A stretch of DNA of 64,000 bases from Macrostomum lignano (lineage: Eukaryota), in assembly GCA_002269645.1 (NCBI GenBank), contig NIVC01002957.1, positions 3,258-67,257 on the forward strand, written 5' to 3'. Made by a program: the position numbers and the translations under genes. Of the stretch, positions 32,501 to 45,666 are shown one piece after another. How positions within the stretch are numbered: position 1 is the stretch's first letter; each line of letters starts with the position of its first letter. The notes below the pieces were generated by a model. It saw nothing but the letters and a program-made list of their open reading frames with translations, was not told the DNA's origin and searched no databases.

Positions 32501-35500
32501 TGAAGGATTGGTTGCTGGGGTGTCGGATTAGTGTTGTATAAACCCAAAATAGACATTTGAGTTGGGTGTCCGAAATACACCTGTTATTGTGGAGTATAAA
32601 ATCATCGACCTGTTATTATTGGGACCTGTTATGGAGTCCAAAATGGGACCTGTTATGGAGTCCAAAATGGGGCCTGTTATGGAGTCCAAAATGGGACCTG
32701 TTATGGGGTCCAAAATGGGACCTGTTATGGAGTCCAAAATGGGACCTGTTATGGGGTCCAAAATGGGGCCTGTTATGGAGTCCAAAATGGGACCTGTTAT
32801 GGGGTCCAAAATGGGGCCTGTTATGGAGTCCAAAATGGGACCTGTTATGGAGTCTAAATTAGGACCTGTTATGGAGTCTAAATTAGGACCTGTTATGGAG
32901 TCAAAAACGGGACCTGTTATGGAGTCAAAAACGGGACCTGTTATGGGGTCCAAAATGGGACCTGTTATGGAGTCCAAAATGGGACCTGTTATGGAGTCCA
33001 AAATGGAACCTGTTATGGAGTCCAAAATGGAACCTGTTATGGAGTCCAAAATGGGACCTGTTATGGAGTCCAAAATGGGACCTGTTATGGAGTCCAAAAT
33101 GGGACCTGTTATGGAGTCCAAAATGGGACCTGTTATGGAGTCCAAAATGGGACCTGTTATGGAGTCTTAATTGGGACCTGTTATGGAGTCCAAACTGGGA
33201 CCTGTTATGGAGTCAAAAACGGGATCTGTTATGGAGTCCGAAATGGGACCTGTTATGGAGTCCAAAATGGGACCTGTTATGGAGTCCAAAATGGGACCTG
33301 TAATGGAGTCTAAATTAGGACCTGTTATGGAGTCAAAAACGGGACCTGTTATGGAGTCCGAAATAGGACCTGTTATGGAGTCCAAAATGGGACCTGTAAT
33401 GGAGTCTAAATTAGGACCTGTTATGGAGTCAAAAACGGGACCTGTTATGGAGTCAAAAACGGGATCTGTTATAAAGTCCGAAATGAGACCTGTTATGGAG
33501 TCTAAATAAGGACCTGTTATGGAGTCCAAAATGAGACCTGTTATGAAGTCTAAATTAGGACCTGTTATGGAGTCTTAATTGGGACCTGTTATGGAGTCCA
33601 AAGTGGAACCTGTTATGGAGTCCAAAGTGGAACCTGTTATGGAGTCCAAAGTGGAACCTGTTATGGAGTCCAAAGTGGGACCTGTTATGGAGTCCAAAGT
33701 GGAACCTGTTATGGAGTCCAAAGTGGGACCTGTTATGGAGTCCAAAGTGGAACCTGTTATGGAGTCCAAAGTGGAACCTGTTATGGAGTCTTAATTGGGA
33801 CCTGTTATGGAGTCAAAAACGGGACCTGTTATGGAGTTCAAAATGGGACCTGTTATGGAGTCCAAAGTGGAACCTGTTATGGAGTCCAAAGTGGGACCTG
33901 TTATGGAGTCCAAAGTGGAACCTGTTATGGAGTCCAAAGTGGAACCTGTTATGGAGTCCAAAGTGGAACCTGTTATGGAGTTCAAAATGGAACCTGTTAT
34001 GGAGTTCAAAATGAGACCTGTTATGGAGTCCAAAGTGGAACCTGTTATGGAGTCCAAAGTGGAACCTGTTATGGAGTCCAAAGTGGAACCTGTTATGGAG
34101 TTCAAAGTGGAACCTGTTATGGAGTTCAAAATGAGACCTGTTATGGAGTCCAAAGTGGAACCTGTTATGGAGTCCAAAGTGGAACCTGTTATGGAGTCCA
34201 AAGTGGAACCTGTTATGGAGTCCAAAGTGGAACCTGTTATGGAGTCCAAAGTGGAACCTGTTATGGAGTTCAAAATGGGACCTTCTATGATGCGTTACAT
34301 CGTGTTTAGAAAAATTCTTAGTTTAGTATGAAATTTTATGACTGGTGTAAAATATCCGAATCGGCATAAAAGTACAGCACAATGCAGGCACATCTTTGTC
34401 AACCCCCCCCCCCCCAAGGTGAAATACGGCGCCCCGGCCAGCATGTGGGCCATGTACAACTTCACTGGCACCGGCTACACTCTGCACAGCTGGTCGCTAA
34501 GCAAAACTCCCACCCGCCTGATGGAGGCTTTCTATATTGACTTCCCAAAGCCGCCTGGCGCCCTGGCCGTGCTTAATAAGCTGGGCCACGATATCGCCGT
34601 TGGCCAGGTGGCCGCCAACGGCAGCGTCTGGCAGCACATGGTTGGCCACTCGCCGTACAGCGTCGCCTTCCGTCAGCAGGTAAAGTATGTTCCCGGTTTT
34701 AAGAAAATCTCCCTTAAACACGTCAAAATCTCCCTCTAATCCATGTCAAAATCTCCCTCTAATCCGTGTCAAAATCTCCCTCTAATCCATGTCAAATCTC
34801 TCTCGAATCCCATGTCAAAATCTCCCTCTAATCCATGTCAAATCTCCCTCTAATCCCATGTCAAAATGTCCCTCTAATCCCATGTCAAATCTCTCTCGAA
34901 TCCCATGTCAAATCTCCCTTTAATCCCATGTTGAAATCTCCCTCTAATCCCTTATTAAAATCTCTCTAAAAGCATGTCAAATGTCTCTCTAATCCCTTAT
35001 TAAAATCTTTCTAAAAGCATGTCAAATGTCTCTCTAATCCCTTATTAAAATCTCTCTAAAAGCATGTCAAATCTCTCTCTAATCCCTTATTAAAATCTCT
35101 CTAAAAGCATGTCAAATCTCCCTCTAATCCCTTATTAAAATCTCTCTAAAAGCATGTCAAATCTCTCTCTAATCCCTTATTAAAATCACTAAAAGCATGT
35201 CAAATCTCTCTCTAATCCCCCCTTATCAAAACCTCCCTCTAATCCTACGTCAAAAGCTGCCTCCCAAGCGCTATGAAAGAAACGGTCTTCTAATTACTAC
35301 GAGTATAAAGAATCGATTTCCAATAAGTGCTGTAATAAGATTAAAATCACCTTTAAAACCTCTTTCCTGAATATTGCCAACATAGATTTGTGCACACTCC
35401 TAATTTAATAAGTGCCGCAGCTTCCTATCCAACCTACTGACAGTAGAGCATCGCTACTATTTTTGTCGCAGGGCAAAGCGGAGCTGCGAGTTCAGTCGCT

Positions 35501-35777
35501 GGACTCCAGCCTGGCCTGTCCGCGCACGGCCTCCTACGGGCCGACCGTGTGGCCGGTGCCCATGAGCCCCGTGCCCGATTCCAAGGTTGCCGGCATCTCA
35601 TTCAACATGCTTAACAATGTCTGGGATGTGAACTTCGTATTCTGGTATCCCTACATGCCTACGGAGGCCAACTTCCGGGCCCGCTTCCGGGTCGATTTGG
35701 CCGACCATCTGGACGACCTGACGGTTGATGGCGAACACCAGGTCGACGCGAAGTTGAACTGGCGCGACATTCTGTAA
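26506..35777 (+). CDS. Secreted GH38-like / DUF5054-family glycoside hydrolase, ~775 aa; exons 26506-27003, 27341-27739, 31025-31447, 32044-32484, 34419-34679, 35472-35777
   Basis: Signal peptide MSQSALLCCLAAVLAATA and N-terminal HLMFMNHLDVGF. Further motifs ENGDTWLQG and EHTYG, and C-terminal FNMLNNVWDVNFVFWYPY typical of DUF5054. All junctions are GT-AG and join in frame. Confidence 0.82.
27925..30875. repeat. 22-bp minisatellite (TGTAGCAAGTGCTGTAGGATAC)n in intron 2
   Basis: About 3 kb tandem array. It explains the long stop-free minus-strand ORFs. Confidence 0.97.
31528..31925. repeat. 16-bp-based minisatellite (TCGAAACTTCATGAGC)n in intron 3
   Basis: Tandem variants seen directly. Confidence 0.9.
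32606..34283. repeat. 24-bp minisatellite (GGGACCTGTTATGGAGTCCAAAAT)n in intron 4
   Basis: Tandem array. Gives spurious MGPVMESK ORFs. Confidence 0.97.
34722..35245. repeat. 45-bp minisatellite in intron 5
   Basis: Inverted counterpart of 13915-14495. Confidence 0.9.
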
Positions 35778-36540
35778 CAGCCAGGCCGCATCTACACACC
35801 GATTGAAACTTAATTTTATATTTACTACTGTTAGTAGCGAGTAAGTTAGTTCGGCTTTTTGTTTAGCTATGGTGGAAAGCAACGAATTATCTTTATATAA
35901 CTTCGGGTGTCACTAAAATTTTTATCAATTTTTTAATTATTTATTAATCCGTAATTCCTCTTTGTTTTTGTACATCATCGGCTGTTCGCATTGCCGCCGG
36001 GTGCCATTTCTTGGTAAATCCAGCTACTACTTTAAGTAGTTGTTGACATTCAAAATCAAATAAAAACTAGAAACATAATATAAGGGAACTCTGTGCGGTA
36101 ATCAGATTGCCATGAATCTTGCGCGATTTTGTTTTCCTATTTCTCAGCATCTCAACTACTTACTTGGATCGATCGATCAGTAGTGTGTATAGTATGTTTT
36201 CAATACAATTTTAAAGGCTTTTTTAATTGGCGTTTAATGATTTTAATTTTTCCAAGAACTCATCCTTTTTTATTCGTAATGCACATTCTTAATCTTATTG
36301 AAAATTTTATTAAACCGGTAACTTATAACAATAAATAGAATCTGTATAAGCCTCATCTTGAAGTCTATTGATAAAAAAGTTTTGTTTAATTTTTTTTCTA
36401 TTTTTGCTACTTGGATATTCGTTTCTATCTATAAATTGTGCTCTGTAAGCGCTGCAGTGCCAAGGCGATCCTCACCCTATCGCGATGAAGTTTCCAAATT
36501 GGTTCTTACTTCGATTAGTTAGTTTCAAGCTTTATTCAGA

Positions 36541-38228
36541 TCACCTGAGCAGTCAATAATCCCATTTGATCCCCTGATTAACACCTGAGCAGTCAATAAT
36601 CCCAGTTGATCCCCCAATTATCACCTGAGCAGTCAATAATCCCAGTTGATCCCCTGATTATCACCTGAGCAGTCAATAATCCCATTTGATCCCCTGATTA
36701 ACACCTGAGCAGTCAATAATCCCAGTTGATCCCCCAATTATCACCTGAGCAGTCAATAATCCCATTTTATCCCCTGATTATCACCTGAGCAGTCAATAAT
36801 CCCATTTGATCCCCTGATTAACACCTGAGCTGTCAATAATCCCATTTGATCCCCTGATTATCACCTGAGCAGTCAATAATCCCATTTGATCCCCTAATTA
36901 TCATCTGAGCAGTCAATAATCCCATTTGATCCCCTGATTATCACCTGAGCAGTCAATAATCCCATTTGATCCCCTGATTGTCACCTGAGCAGTCAATAAT
37001 CCCATTTGATCCCCTGATTATCACCTGAGCAGTCAATAATCCCATTTGATCCCCTGATTATCATCTGAGCAGTCAATAATCTTATTTGATCCCCTGATTA
37101 TCACCTGAGCAGTCAATAATCCCATTTGATCCCCTGATTATCACCTGAGCAGTCAATAATCTTATTTGATCCCCAGATTATCATCTGAGCAGTCAATAAT
37201 CTTATTTGATCCCCTGATTATCATCTGAGCAGTCAATAATCTTATTTGATCCCCTGATTATCACCTGAGCAGTCAATAATCCCATTTGATCCCCTGATTA
37301 TCACCTGAGCAGTCAATAATTCCATTTGATCCCCTGATTATCACCTGAGCAGTCAATAATCCCATTTGATCCCCAGATTATCATCTGAGCAGTCAATAAT
37401 CCCATTTGATCCCCTGATTATCACCTGAGCAGTCAATAATCCCATTTGATCCCCTGATTATCATCTGAGCAGTCAATAATCCCATTTGATCCCCAGATTA
37501 TCACCTGAGCAGTCAATAATCCCATTTGATCCCCTGATTATCACCTGAGCAGTCAATAATCCCATTTGATCCCCTGATTATCACCTGAGCAGTCAATAAT
37601 CCCAGTTGTTCCCCTAATTATCACCTGAGCAGTCAATAATCCCATTTGATCCCCTAATTATCACCCGAGCTGTCAATAATCCCAGTTGATCCCCTGATTA
37701 TCACCTGAGCAGTCAATAATCCCATTTGATCCCCTGATTATCACCTGAGCTGTCAATAATCCCATTTGATCCCCTGATTAACACCTGAGCAGTCAATAAT
37801 CCCAGTTGATCCCCTGATTATCACCTGAGCAGTCAATAATCCCATTTGATCCCCAGATTATCACCTGAGCAGTCAATAATTCCATTTGATCCCCTGAATA
37901 TCATCTGAGCAGTCAATAATCCCATTTGATCCCCAGATTATCACCTGAGCAGTCAACAATTCCATTTGATCCCCTGATTATCACCTGAGCAGTCAATAAT
38001 CCCAGTTGATCCCCTGATTATCACCTGAGCAGTCAATAATCCCATTTGATCCCCTGATTATCACCTGAGCAGTCAATAATTCCATTTGATCCCCTGATTA
38101 TCACCTGAGCAGTCAATAATCCCATTTGATCCCCTGATTATCATCTGAGCAGTCAATAATCCCAGTTGATCCCCAGATTATCACCTGAGCAGTCAATCCC
38201 ATTTGACCCCCTGATTATCACCTGAGCA
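36541..38228. repeat. 40-bp intergenic minisatellite
   Basis: Inverted counterpart of 10975-12488. Confidence 0.95.
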
Positions 38229-38346
38229 ACCCTCAACCCCAGATGTCAGGCACTGCATGCCAGCTCACGAATATCCCGCAGCAGCTCCGTCTCGGCATTT
38301 TCTTAGAATCATCTGGCTCAATGCTGCATTAATTAGCGGCTAAAGC

Positions 38347-40568
38347 ATGGCCTCCCGCGGCAGCACCGGCAGCAGCGGCGGTGGCATCTACAAGTGCCCG
38401 CACTGCCCGTTCATCACCAACTCATCGCAGGGCCTGGGCCGCCACCTGGTGCACCGGCACCGGCCCTGGAAATTCGCCTGCCGCCGGTGCGGCGAGCGGT
38501 TCTCTCAGCGGGGCCGCCGACAACGCCACGAGCTGCTGGCCCACGGCATCGAGGCCGGCGCCGCCGACGCGGCCGAAGCGACTGAAGAAGGGACTGAAGA
38601 AACCGGCGTCGGTGGCGGCGGCAAAGACGATGGGGGCAGCGGCGGCGAAGGCAGCGTCGGCAATCGCTTGTCCCCTGGCGCGGCTGCCGGCCCGGCCAAG
38701 TCGGTCGGGCCTCGCGCGGTGCCGGTGCCGCTGGACCTGCAGTGCCGGGAGTGCGGCCGGCAGCTGCACTCGGGCAGCGGGTTCCGCAGCCACATGTGCC
38801 GCGTCCACCCGGTCAAGTGGGCCAAAATGCGCCGCTTAGCCCGAAACCGCTGGCGCCAATTCGGGAATCGGCGCCTGACAGCTGGCGGGAAAGCAAAAAA
38901 TAAGCCGGCTCAGCAGGAGCACGAGGAAGCTGAGCAGTCGGATGAAGCCGACGGAGCCGACAGTGACGCCGATCGGATCTCGCTGAACTCCAGCTCGGCC
39001 ACGAATTCAACCAAAGCGTCGGCGGGTTCGGCCGCAACGGCAACGCCGAACAACAAGCGGCCGGGTAAATTGTGCCCGATCTGCCATAAGCTGGTTGGCT
39101 TCACTAACTATTCCCGGCACATGCGCCGCTACCACAGAGAGGCCTGGTTAACCATGGGCGGACGGCCGCGGCTTAAGAAATCGGAGGCGGCTGCGGCTGC
39201 TGACGTCAAGAAGGAGCCGCCTGACTTGGCCGCAAAGCAGCCGGGCGAGAAGAGCAAGCTGCTGGTGAAAATAACCCGCCTGCAGTCGCTGCCGCAGGTG
39301 CTGCAGTCTGCCCAGCAACAGAAGCAGCCAGCCTCCAAGCCCGCAAGTGCAGCCAACTGTAAGTGCGGCCACTGCGGCAAGGTGCTGTCCTGCCGCACCA
39401 CCCTGCTCCGGCACATCCGCAGCATGCACCGCGCCAATTACATCTGCATGCGCTGTCGGCGAGGCTTCAACCGCAGGCAGCACGCTTACTCGCACATCAC
39501 CAAGGTGCACCGGCTGCTGTCCCGGTCTGAAATTGAGTCTCTGCTCCGCTACGCCAACTGCCGCCTGGCCAGACAGTCGTCAGAGCCCGCCGCCTCCGAT
39601 GCCACTTTCTCCGTGTCGCCTCCGGCCAGCCCAGTGGCATTGCTGGACACTGACGAATCCGTAGCAGAAGCGGCAGCGCACTGCCTGCGGCCAGGCCAGC
39701 TGCCCGACAAGTCCATGCCGCCGCCGCCGCCACCACCACCTCCGCCAACCACAATGCGACTGCAGCAGCAGCAGCATCCATCAGCTGCCGTGTCCTGCGA
39801 CCTCGACGCCTCCACAGTCAGCGAGGAGGACGCGCTGATGTCGGAGCGGCACCAGTGCGACCTCTGCCAGCTGTCGTTTGTCTCGGCCGAGTTTCTAGCC
39901 AGCCATCGCCGCCTGTGCGACTCCTTCAGGCTTGAGGAGGTCCGCGTGCTGTCAGCCTGGTCGCTGGCCGATGCAACCGCGGCGGCTGAGGCGGCAGCGG
40001 CCGGGCCGCAGAGCACCCGGTGCCCGTTCTGCTTTGCCGAGGTGTCGCCCGCCCGACTGCAGCGGCATGTTCGCGATGCCGCGGCCGCCGAGGCCTCCGG
40101 CGCTGTCGCTGGAGCTGGCAGTCGACTGCACAGCCGGCCGCAGGTGTTGATGTGTGGCGCCTGCTACGAAGCTTTCCCAGGCTCGGAGCTGCTGCAGAAC
40201 CACCAGGTCTGTTCGCTTGTCGTTGCAGAAAATTCTATCATTTTACTACTTTAGTAAGTAGCTTAAGCCTTTAAGCGCCAAAGGCCTTGCAAAAAAACGC
40301 AATTCCATTTACATCGCAGGTGTTGGTGCACCTGAACCCGGCCGACCGGTCCTTGCTGGGCAGGCGCTGTCCGGAGTGCCGGCTCTGGCTTATCGGCGAC
40401 GCGGCCATGGCTGAGCACGAGGCGGCGGCGCACAGCGAACCCACCATGTTCGGCTGCCAGGTGTGCCGTACCTTCTGCCCGAACCGGGTGGCTTTGGTTG
40501 CTCACTATCGCTGGGTGCACCTGCTGGACGGCGGCGAAGGCGACGTGTTTGATGACGATTCGCTTTAG
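38347..40568 (+). CDS. C2H2 zinc-finger protein, ~702 aa; exons 38347-40206 and 40320-40568
   Basis: Multiple CxxC-x12-H-x3/4-H fingers. Removing the GT-AG intron 40207-40319 completes a finger (CGACYEAFPGSELLQNHQ|VLVH) and joins the 40287-40568 ORF. Confidence 0.88.
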
Positions 40569-40663
40569 ACCTTAGCAACTCAGTGCTTATTTTAGCTATT
40601 TTTTCTGTTTAAAGTGAAAACATGTTCTTAGTTTTAACTTTTGTCTAATTGGCTCTGGTTGCT

Positions 40664-40918
40664 ATACAGTTGCTATGGCGTTGCTATGCAGTTGCTATGC
40701 CGTTGCTATGCCGCTGCTGTGCAGTTGCTATGACGTTGCTATGCCGCTGCTGTGCAGTTGCTATGCCGTTGCTATGCAGTTGCTATGCAGTTGCTATACC
40801 GCTGCTGTGCAGTTGCTATGTCGCTGCTTTGCAGTTGCTATGCCGTTTCTATGCAGTTGCTATGCCGCTGCTGTGCAGTTGCTATGTCGCTGCTATGCAG
40901 TTGCTATGCTGTTACTAT
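40664..40918. repeat. 11-bp minisatellite (GTTGCTATGCA)n, expanded only in the right arm
   Basis: About 250 bp here versus only 2-3 units near 8515-8540 in the left arm. Confidence 0.88.
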
Positions 40919-41696
40919 GCTAAAAAAAGCTAAGGAACTTGGTAGCCAGCAGTTCAGTAGACAGGGGCAATGCAATTACAGAGAAATTGACAGTCGTTGT
41001 TTACCTGCACTCCTGTTTTATTTATCAATACCTAACAATGCAATGCTTGAATTAAATCGTTTTATTTGTTTTATTTGCAATAAATCGATATTATTTTGTG
41101 CGCACTTTAAAACTAGCCGGATAAATTGAATGTACTTTTGCTAGCCTAGTGAGCAATCTGTAACTGCGCTTTTAATTTTCAATATAAACTTTGCCGGAAG
41201 TTGTTCTTAGTCACCAGCTTCCGGTTTGCTTGGCTTTCGCGTCAGTAAATTATGTAGTTCTGTATAGCTGTGCATTTTGTGTATTTTTAGCTGATTATAT
41301 TACTCAATTCAATCAATTAATGTTAATGCAGACGCGTTTAATAATATCTAGTGAATAAACCAGTGCAGTCTGTCTTTGTCTGCGGAGGCGCTTGAGAATG
41401 GCTGACAACAAACCGTAATTCTTCATGTTATTGCGGCTCTTTTTGATTAAAGAATAGCAATTTGTTAATGAAAGCAATTTGTTAATAGTCTACTATGTTA
41501 GCTGGTTCTCTTTTGATTGTCTCAGTCAGCTTAATTGTCACCCTGATTACCTGTTTGTGTGCTTCCTCATGCACTCGGCAGATGCTATGGGAAAGAAATG
41601 TTGATAAACAGTGTCAATGATGAAATGCTGTGATTATGAAGGCTAAAGTATAAAATATATACAAAAATATGCCAAACAAAGGTCTCCTCCGGCGCG

Positions 41697-42453
41697 CTAA
41701 ATAAGCATCAGGGGCCAAAACAGCGTCAGGGGCCAAAACAGCGTCAGGGGCCAAAAGCATCAAGCGCCAAGCATAAGCGTCAGGCGCCAAAAATAAGCAT
41801 CAGGTGCTAAAAAAAAGCATAAGGCGCCAAAAATAAGCAGCAGGCGCCAAGAATAAGCATCAAGCGCCAAGCATAAGCGTCAGGCGCCAAAAATAAGCAT
41901 CAGGCGCCAAAAAAAGCATCAAACGTCAAAAATAAGCATCAAACGTCAAAAATAAGCATCAAACGTCAAAAATAAGCATCAAACGTCAAAAATAAGCATC
42001 AGGCGCCAAAAATAAGCATCAAACGCCAAGAATAAGCATTAGGTTCCAAAAATAAGCAATAGGCGCCAAAAATAAGCATCAGGCGCCAAAAATAAGCATC
42101 AGGCGCCAAAAATAAGCATCAGGCGCCAAAAAAAGCATCAAACGTCAAAAATAAGCATCAGGCGCCAAAAATAAGCGTCAGGTGCCAAAAATAAGCGTCA
42201 GGCGCCAAAAATAAGCATCAGGTGCCAAGAATAGGCGCCAAATCAGGTGCCAGAAAAAGCATCAAACGTCAAAAATAAGCATCAGGCGCCAAAAATAAGC
42301 GTCAGGTGCCAAAAATAAGCGTCAGGTGCCAAAAATAAGCATCAGGCGCTAAAAATAAGCGTCAGGTGCCAAAAATAAGCATCAGGCGCCAAAAATAAGC
42401 GTCAGGTGCCAAAAATAAGCATCAGGCGCCAAAAATAAGCATCAGGCGCCAAA
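41697..42453. repeat. 20-bp minisatellite (right arm copy)
   Basis: AAAAATAAGCATCAGGCGCC units. Confidence 0.93.
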
Positions 42454-42998
42454 AGCAAGTAGTCGGGACGGCAGGAGCGCGTAAAGGACGCCAAAATCAG
42501 CAGCACTTTTAGAGAATTCCTGCCGATGGTTCGTCAAGCCCATAACTTCCCGAACGGCATAACCTGCATAAGTTCGCTCCCCAGCCTTAATTAGGCGTCA
42601 AATGAATTTTACTCGAACTGGAAAACCCCAGTTGGTCTTTGGTCTAAATTTAGATCAAAGCTAAATTATTCATTTAACCTAAAGGTGCATTTTCGTAATA
42701 AACTCTATTAATATTGGTCCATTAATACAGTACTCAGGCTTGCATTAACATCCTGTTAATAAGCTTCGTCATATTAATTATTTATTGGCTTTGGTCCAGC
42801 CTTTTTTTATACGTCTCGTGTCTAAACATGGTCTAAAGTCTGCTAAGTTCAACTGAGGATTTAAAACTTGAGTCGCACCTCGTTCTCAACATGGTTTCAA
42901 ATTTCATTTAGAGATGCAAAATTGACTTCCTCTGAGTTCAGAGATTCTTTAAATGAGCTCCATCCATGGACTCGCCTCAGAACTCCCAAAAAAACGCG

Positions 42999-43327
42999 CT
43001 GCCTCAGAGATCCCTAAAAATGAGCTGTCTCAGAGATACCTAAAGGTGAGCTGCCTCAGAGATCCCTAAAAGTCAGCTGTCTCAGAGATACCTAAAGGTG
43101 AGCTGCCTCAGAGATACCTAAAGGTGAGCTGCCTCAGAGATCCCTAAAAGTGAGCTGTCTCAGAGATACCTAAAGGTGAGCTGCCTCAGAGATACCTAAA
43201 GGTGAGCTGCCTCAGAGATCCCTAAAAGTGAGCTGCCTCAGAGATCCCTTAAAGTGAGCTGCCTCAGAGATCTCAAAAAGTGAGCTGCCTCAGAGATCCC
43301 TAAAGGTGAGCTGCCTCAGAGATCCCT
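42999..43327. repeat. 26-bp minisatellite (right arm copy)
   Basis: GAGCTGCCTCAGAGATCCCTAAAAGT units. Confidence 0.93.
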
Positions 43328-44199
43328 AATCAACCCTTGAAAGATCCTGTTGAGGTGCCGGGCGTGTTTTGATGTACTGCACTGCACCTGACTCACCTGA
43401 GTCCAATAATGAGTAACTCCAACTAGCCAGCCAGCCTAACTAACCAAACCGGCCTACTCCGGTGTACGCTGCTCTGCGTACTTTCTCTCTCTCTCCCCCT
43501 TGACATTATACGAGTAATATTCAGTAGTGATCGATTCTGAGTTTTAAGCCCACTTACTTGTTTGTCTTTTAAGCCTATATATTGGTCTCGCCACCTACCA
43601 CCTCGTATCTCACAATCATTGCAATAATTCGCTCGTCTCAAATACACAACTTCGTACTTGACTCAAACCAAGCCTACGGGCGGCCTTGTCATCGTTTACT
43701 GGGCGCGACTCGACACCTGTAATGAACTGAAAGTTGAGCAATGAATCTCCACATTTTAATCCCGAATTTGTGGCACAAAATATTTCTGCACTAAACTCAT
43801 GTCTAGCCAGTGGAAGTTTATTAACTTTTTATCTGCCATGTGGCTAAAATACGAATTTAGCTCAACAAACAATTTGAGCAGTCCCAGTATATTGTAGTTG
43901 GGCGTCCACCTTTAGATGCTCCCCTTTTCCGAGGCGGCACGTGCCAGATAAGATTAGAGATAAGAATAGCGCTCTTCAGCTCCCCCTGTCTCCACGATTA
44001 ATTAGGTGCCACTTGCCCCGTCCGTTCCGCTGTCTCTGGCTGACACCTGCGCCCGCCCGTGTCAGCTTTCAAAATTTAAATCTCAGATTTTGGATTCTAG
44101 TGACGAGGGAATGATGTTTTATGATATAAATGTATGAGCTACTTGGGATATTCTGGGAGTGCACTTTGTCTCGTGCTTTATCTTTCCGTTGCTGAACTG

Positions 44200-44485
44200 T
44201 CAGTCAGTCAGCCATTCGGTTAGACAGTCAGTCAGACAGTCAGTCAATCAATCAGTCAGTCAGTCAGTCAGTCAGTCAGTCAGTCAGTCAGTCAGTCAGT
44301 CAGTCAGTCAGTCAGTCAGTCAATCAATCAATCAGTCAGTCAGTCAGTCAGACAGTCAGTCAGACAGTCAGTCAGACAGTCAGTCAGACAGTCAGTCAGT
44401 CAGTCAGTCAGTCAGCCAATCAGTCAGTAAGTCAGTCAGACAACCAATCAGAAGGTCAATCAGTTAGTCAGTCCGTCAGACAGTC

Positions 44486-44540
<55 letters not shown>

Positions 44541-44677
44541 ACAAACAAACAAGAAGGTCAATCAGTCAGTCAGTCAGTCAGTCAGTCAGTCAGTCAGTCA
44601 GTCAGTCAGTCAGTCAGTCAGTCAGTCAGTCAGTCAGTCAGTCAGTCAGTCAATCAGTCAGTCAGTCAGTCGGTCAG
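44200..44677. repeat. (CAGT)n microsatellite
   Basis: Long interrupted tetranucleotide run. Confidence 0.97.
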
Positions 44678-45666
44678 TTTTATTAACCTCTGCCGCCCAA
44701 GGCTTGAAAGCGAGAGAGAAATTACACTGAAATGCGTTAGGCGGAAGACCCGCAGTCAGTGCCAAAGTGCGGCAACTTTTTCAGGCTTCATCGGGCTCGG
44801 AGAGGAGGCTGCTGCTTGAGTCTCCGAGTATCAAACAGAACTTTTCAGCAGTTCTCTGCTCTTCTTTATCAGAAGAGGGAGAAACGCCGCCTATTTCTGG
44901 CCGAAGCGTGTCGCAGCTGTCACTCTACTATAGTTCCTTGTTAATGATGCTGCAATGATGTCGCATTACCTATGAGCTTCTATAGTGGAATAAATTGTGA
45001 GAAAAGATTCCTTGGATCCGAAGTATTTTAGTGCGTTTTAAGTTGTCTGCGTTATTCTGCAAAGAATACGAAACAAAAAGTTTTAAAAATAAGTGGAGTG
45101 AGTCCTCTGGCCTATTATGGTAAGTACCTGTCTGTGCGGCGCTCAATCGTAAGTCGTAAGAGTTATTATTTCATTTGTGCTCATTTCTTCTTTCGAAGAT
45201 GAGTTCCTTTGTACTAAAGAATCTACTAGTAAGAGTTGATTGATTGTTGAAAGTGCTAGCAAGTGAGCCTGTTTCTCTATAAGAATAGCTGCCATTTGAT
45301 GCGTGCTCAACCGGCCAGTGAGCAGCCAGTCTGAGATCGAATGTTTTTAAAAGCTATTCAAATTTTTTTGAAATGCAATTTGTGTAGGTCACATTTCAGT
45401 AATTAAATCCATGCATTACATTTTAACAGAGCCAATGCAGCCACATGGTGGCCTGCTCCGCAGCCAATCAGACTGGGTCGCTGCCCATAGCTCTTAGACA
45501 AATGCAAGAGCAGCCCCCGCCCACGCACTGCCGCCCCACCCACCAAGCCCAGCTCATAAAAGTCTCCACAGGAGTCGAGCTGCTGTGCCCCGTCCCAAGG
45601 AGGAAATTTCAGAGTCCTAACGAGAACAGTCCAGGTAAATCATTCAAGAACTGCCATTGCTGCGGG

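Larger units (their letters stand above)
32597..43327 (+). repeat. Right arm of inverted segmental duplication
   Basis: Reverse complement of 5558-15740, differing mainly in minisatellite copy number. Confidence 0.95.

Noticed and set aside
32528-34331. MGPVMESK / DSITGPIL repeat ORFs (also 14870-15567)
   Set aside because: Translations of the 24-bp intronic array on both strands.
43348-43715. Possible solo LTR (TGTTGAG...CTCGACA)
   Set aside because: Inverted termini are present but there is no matching target-site duplication and no second copy in the window, so it is not supportable.
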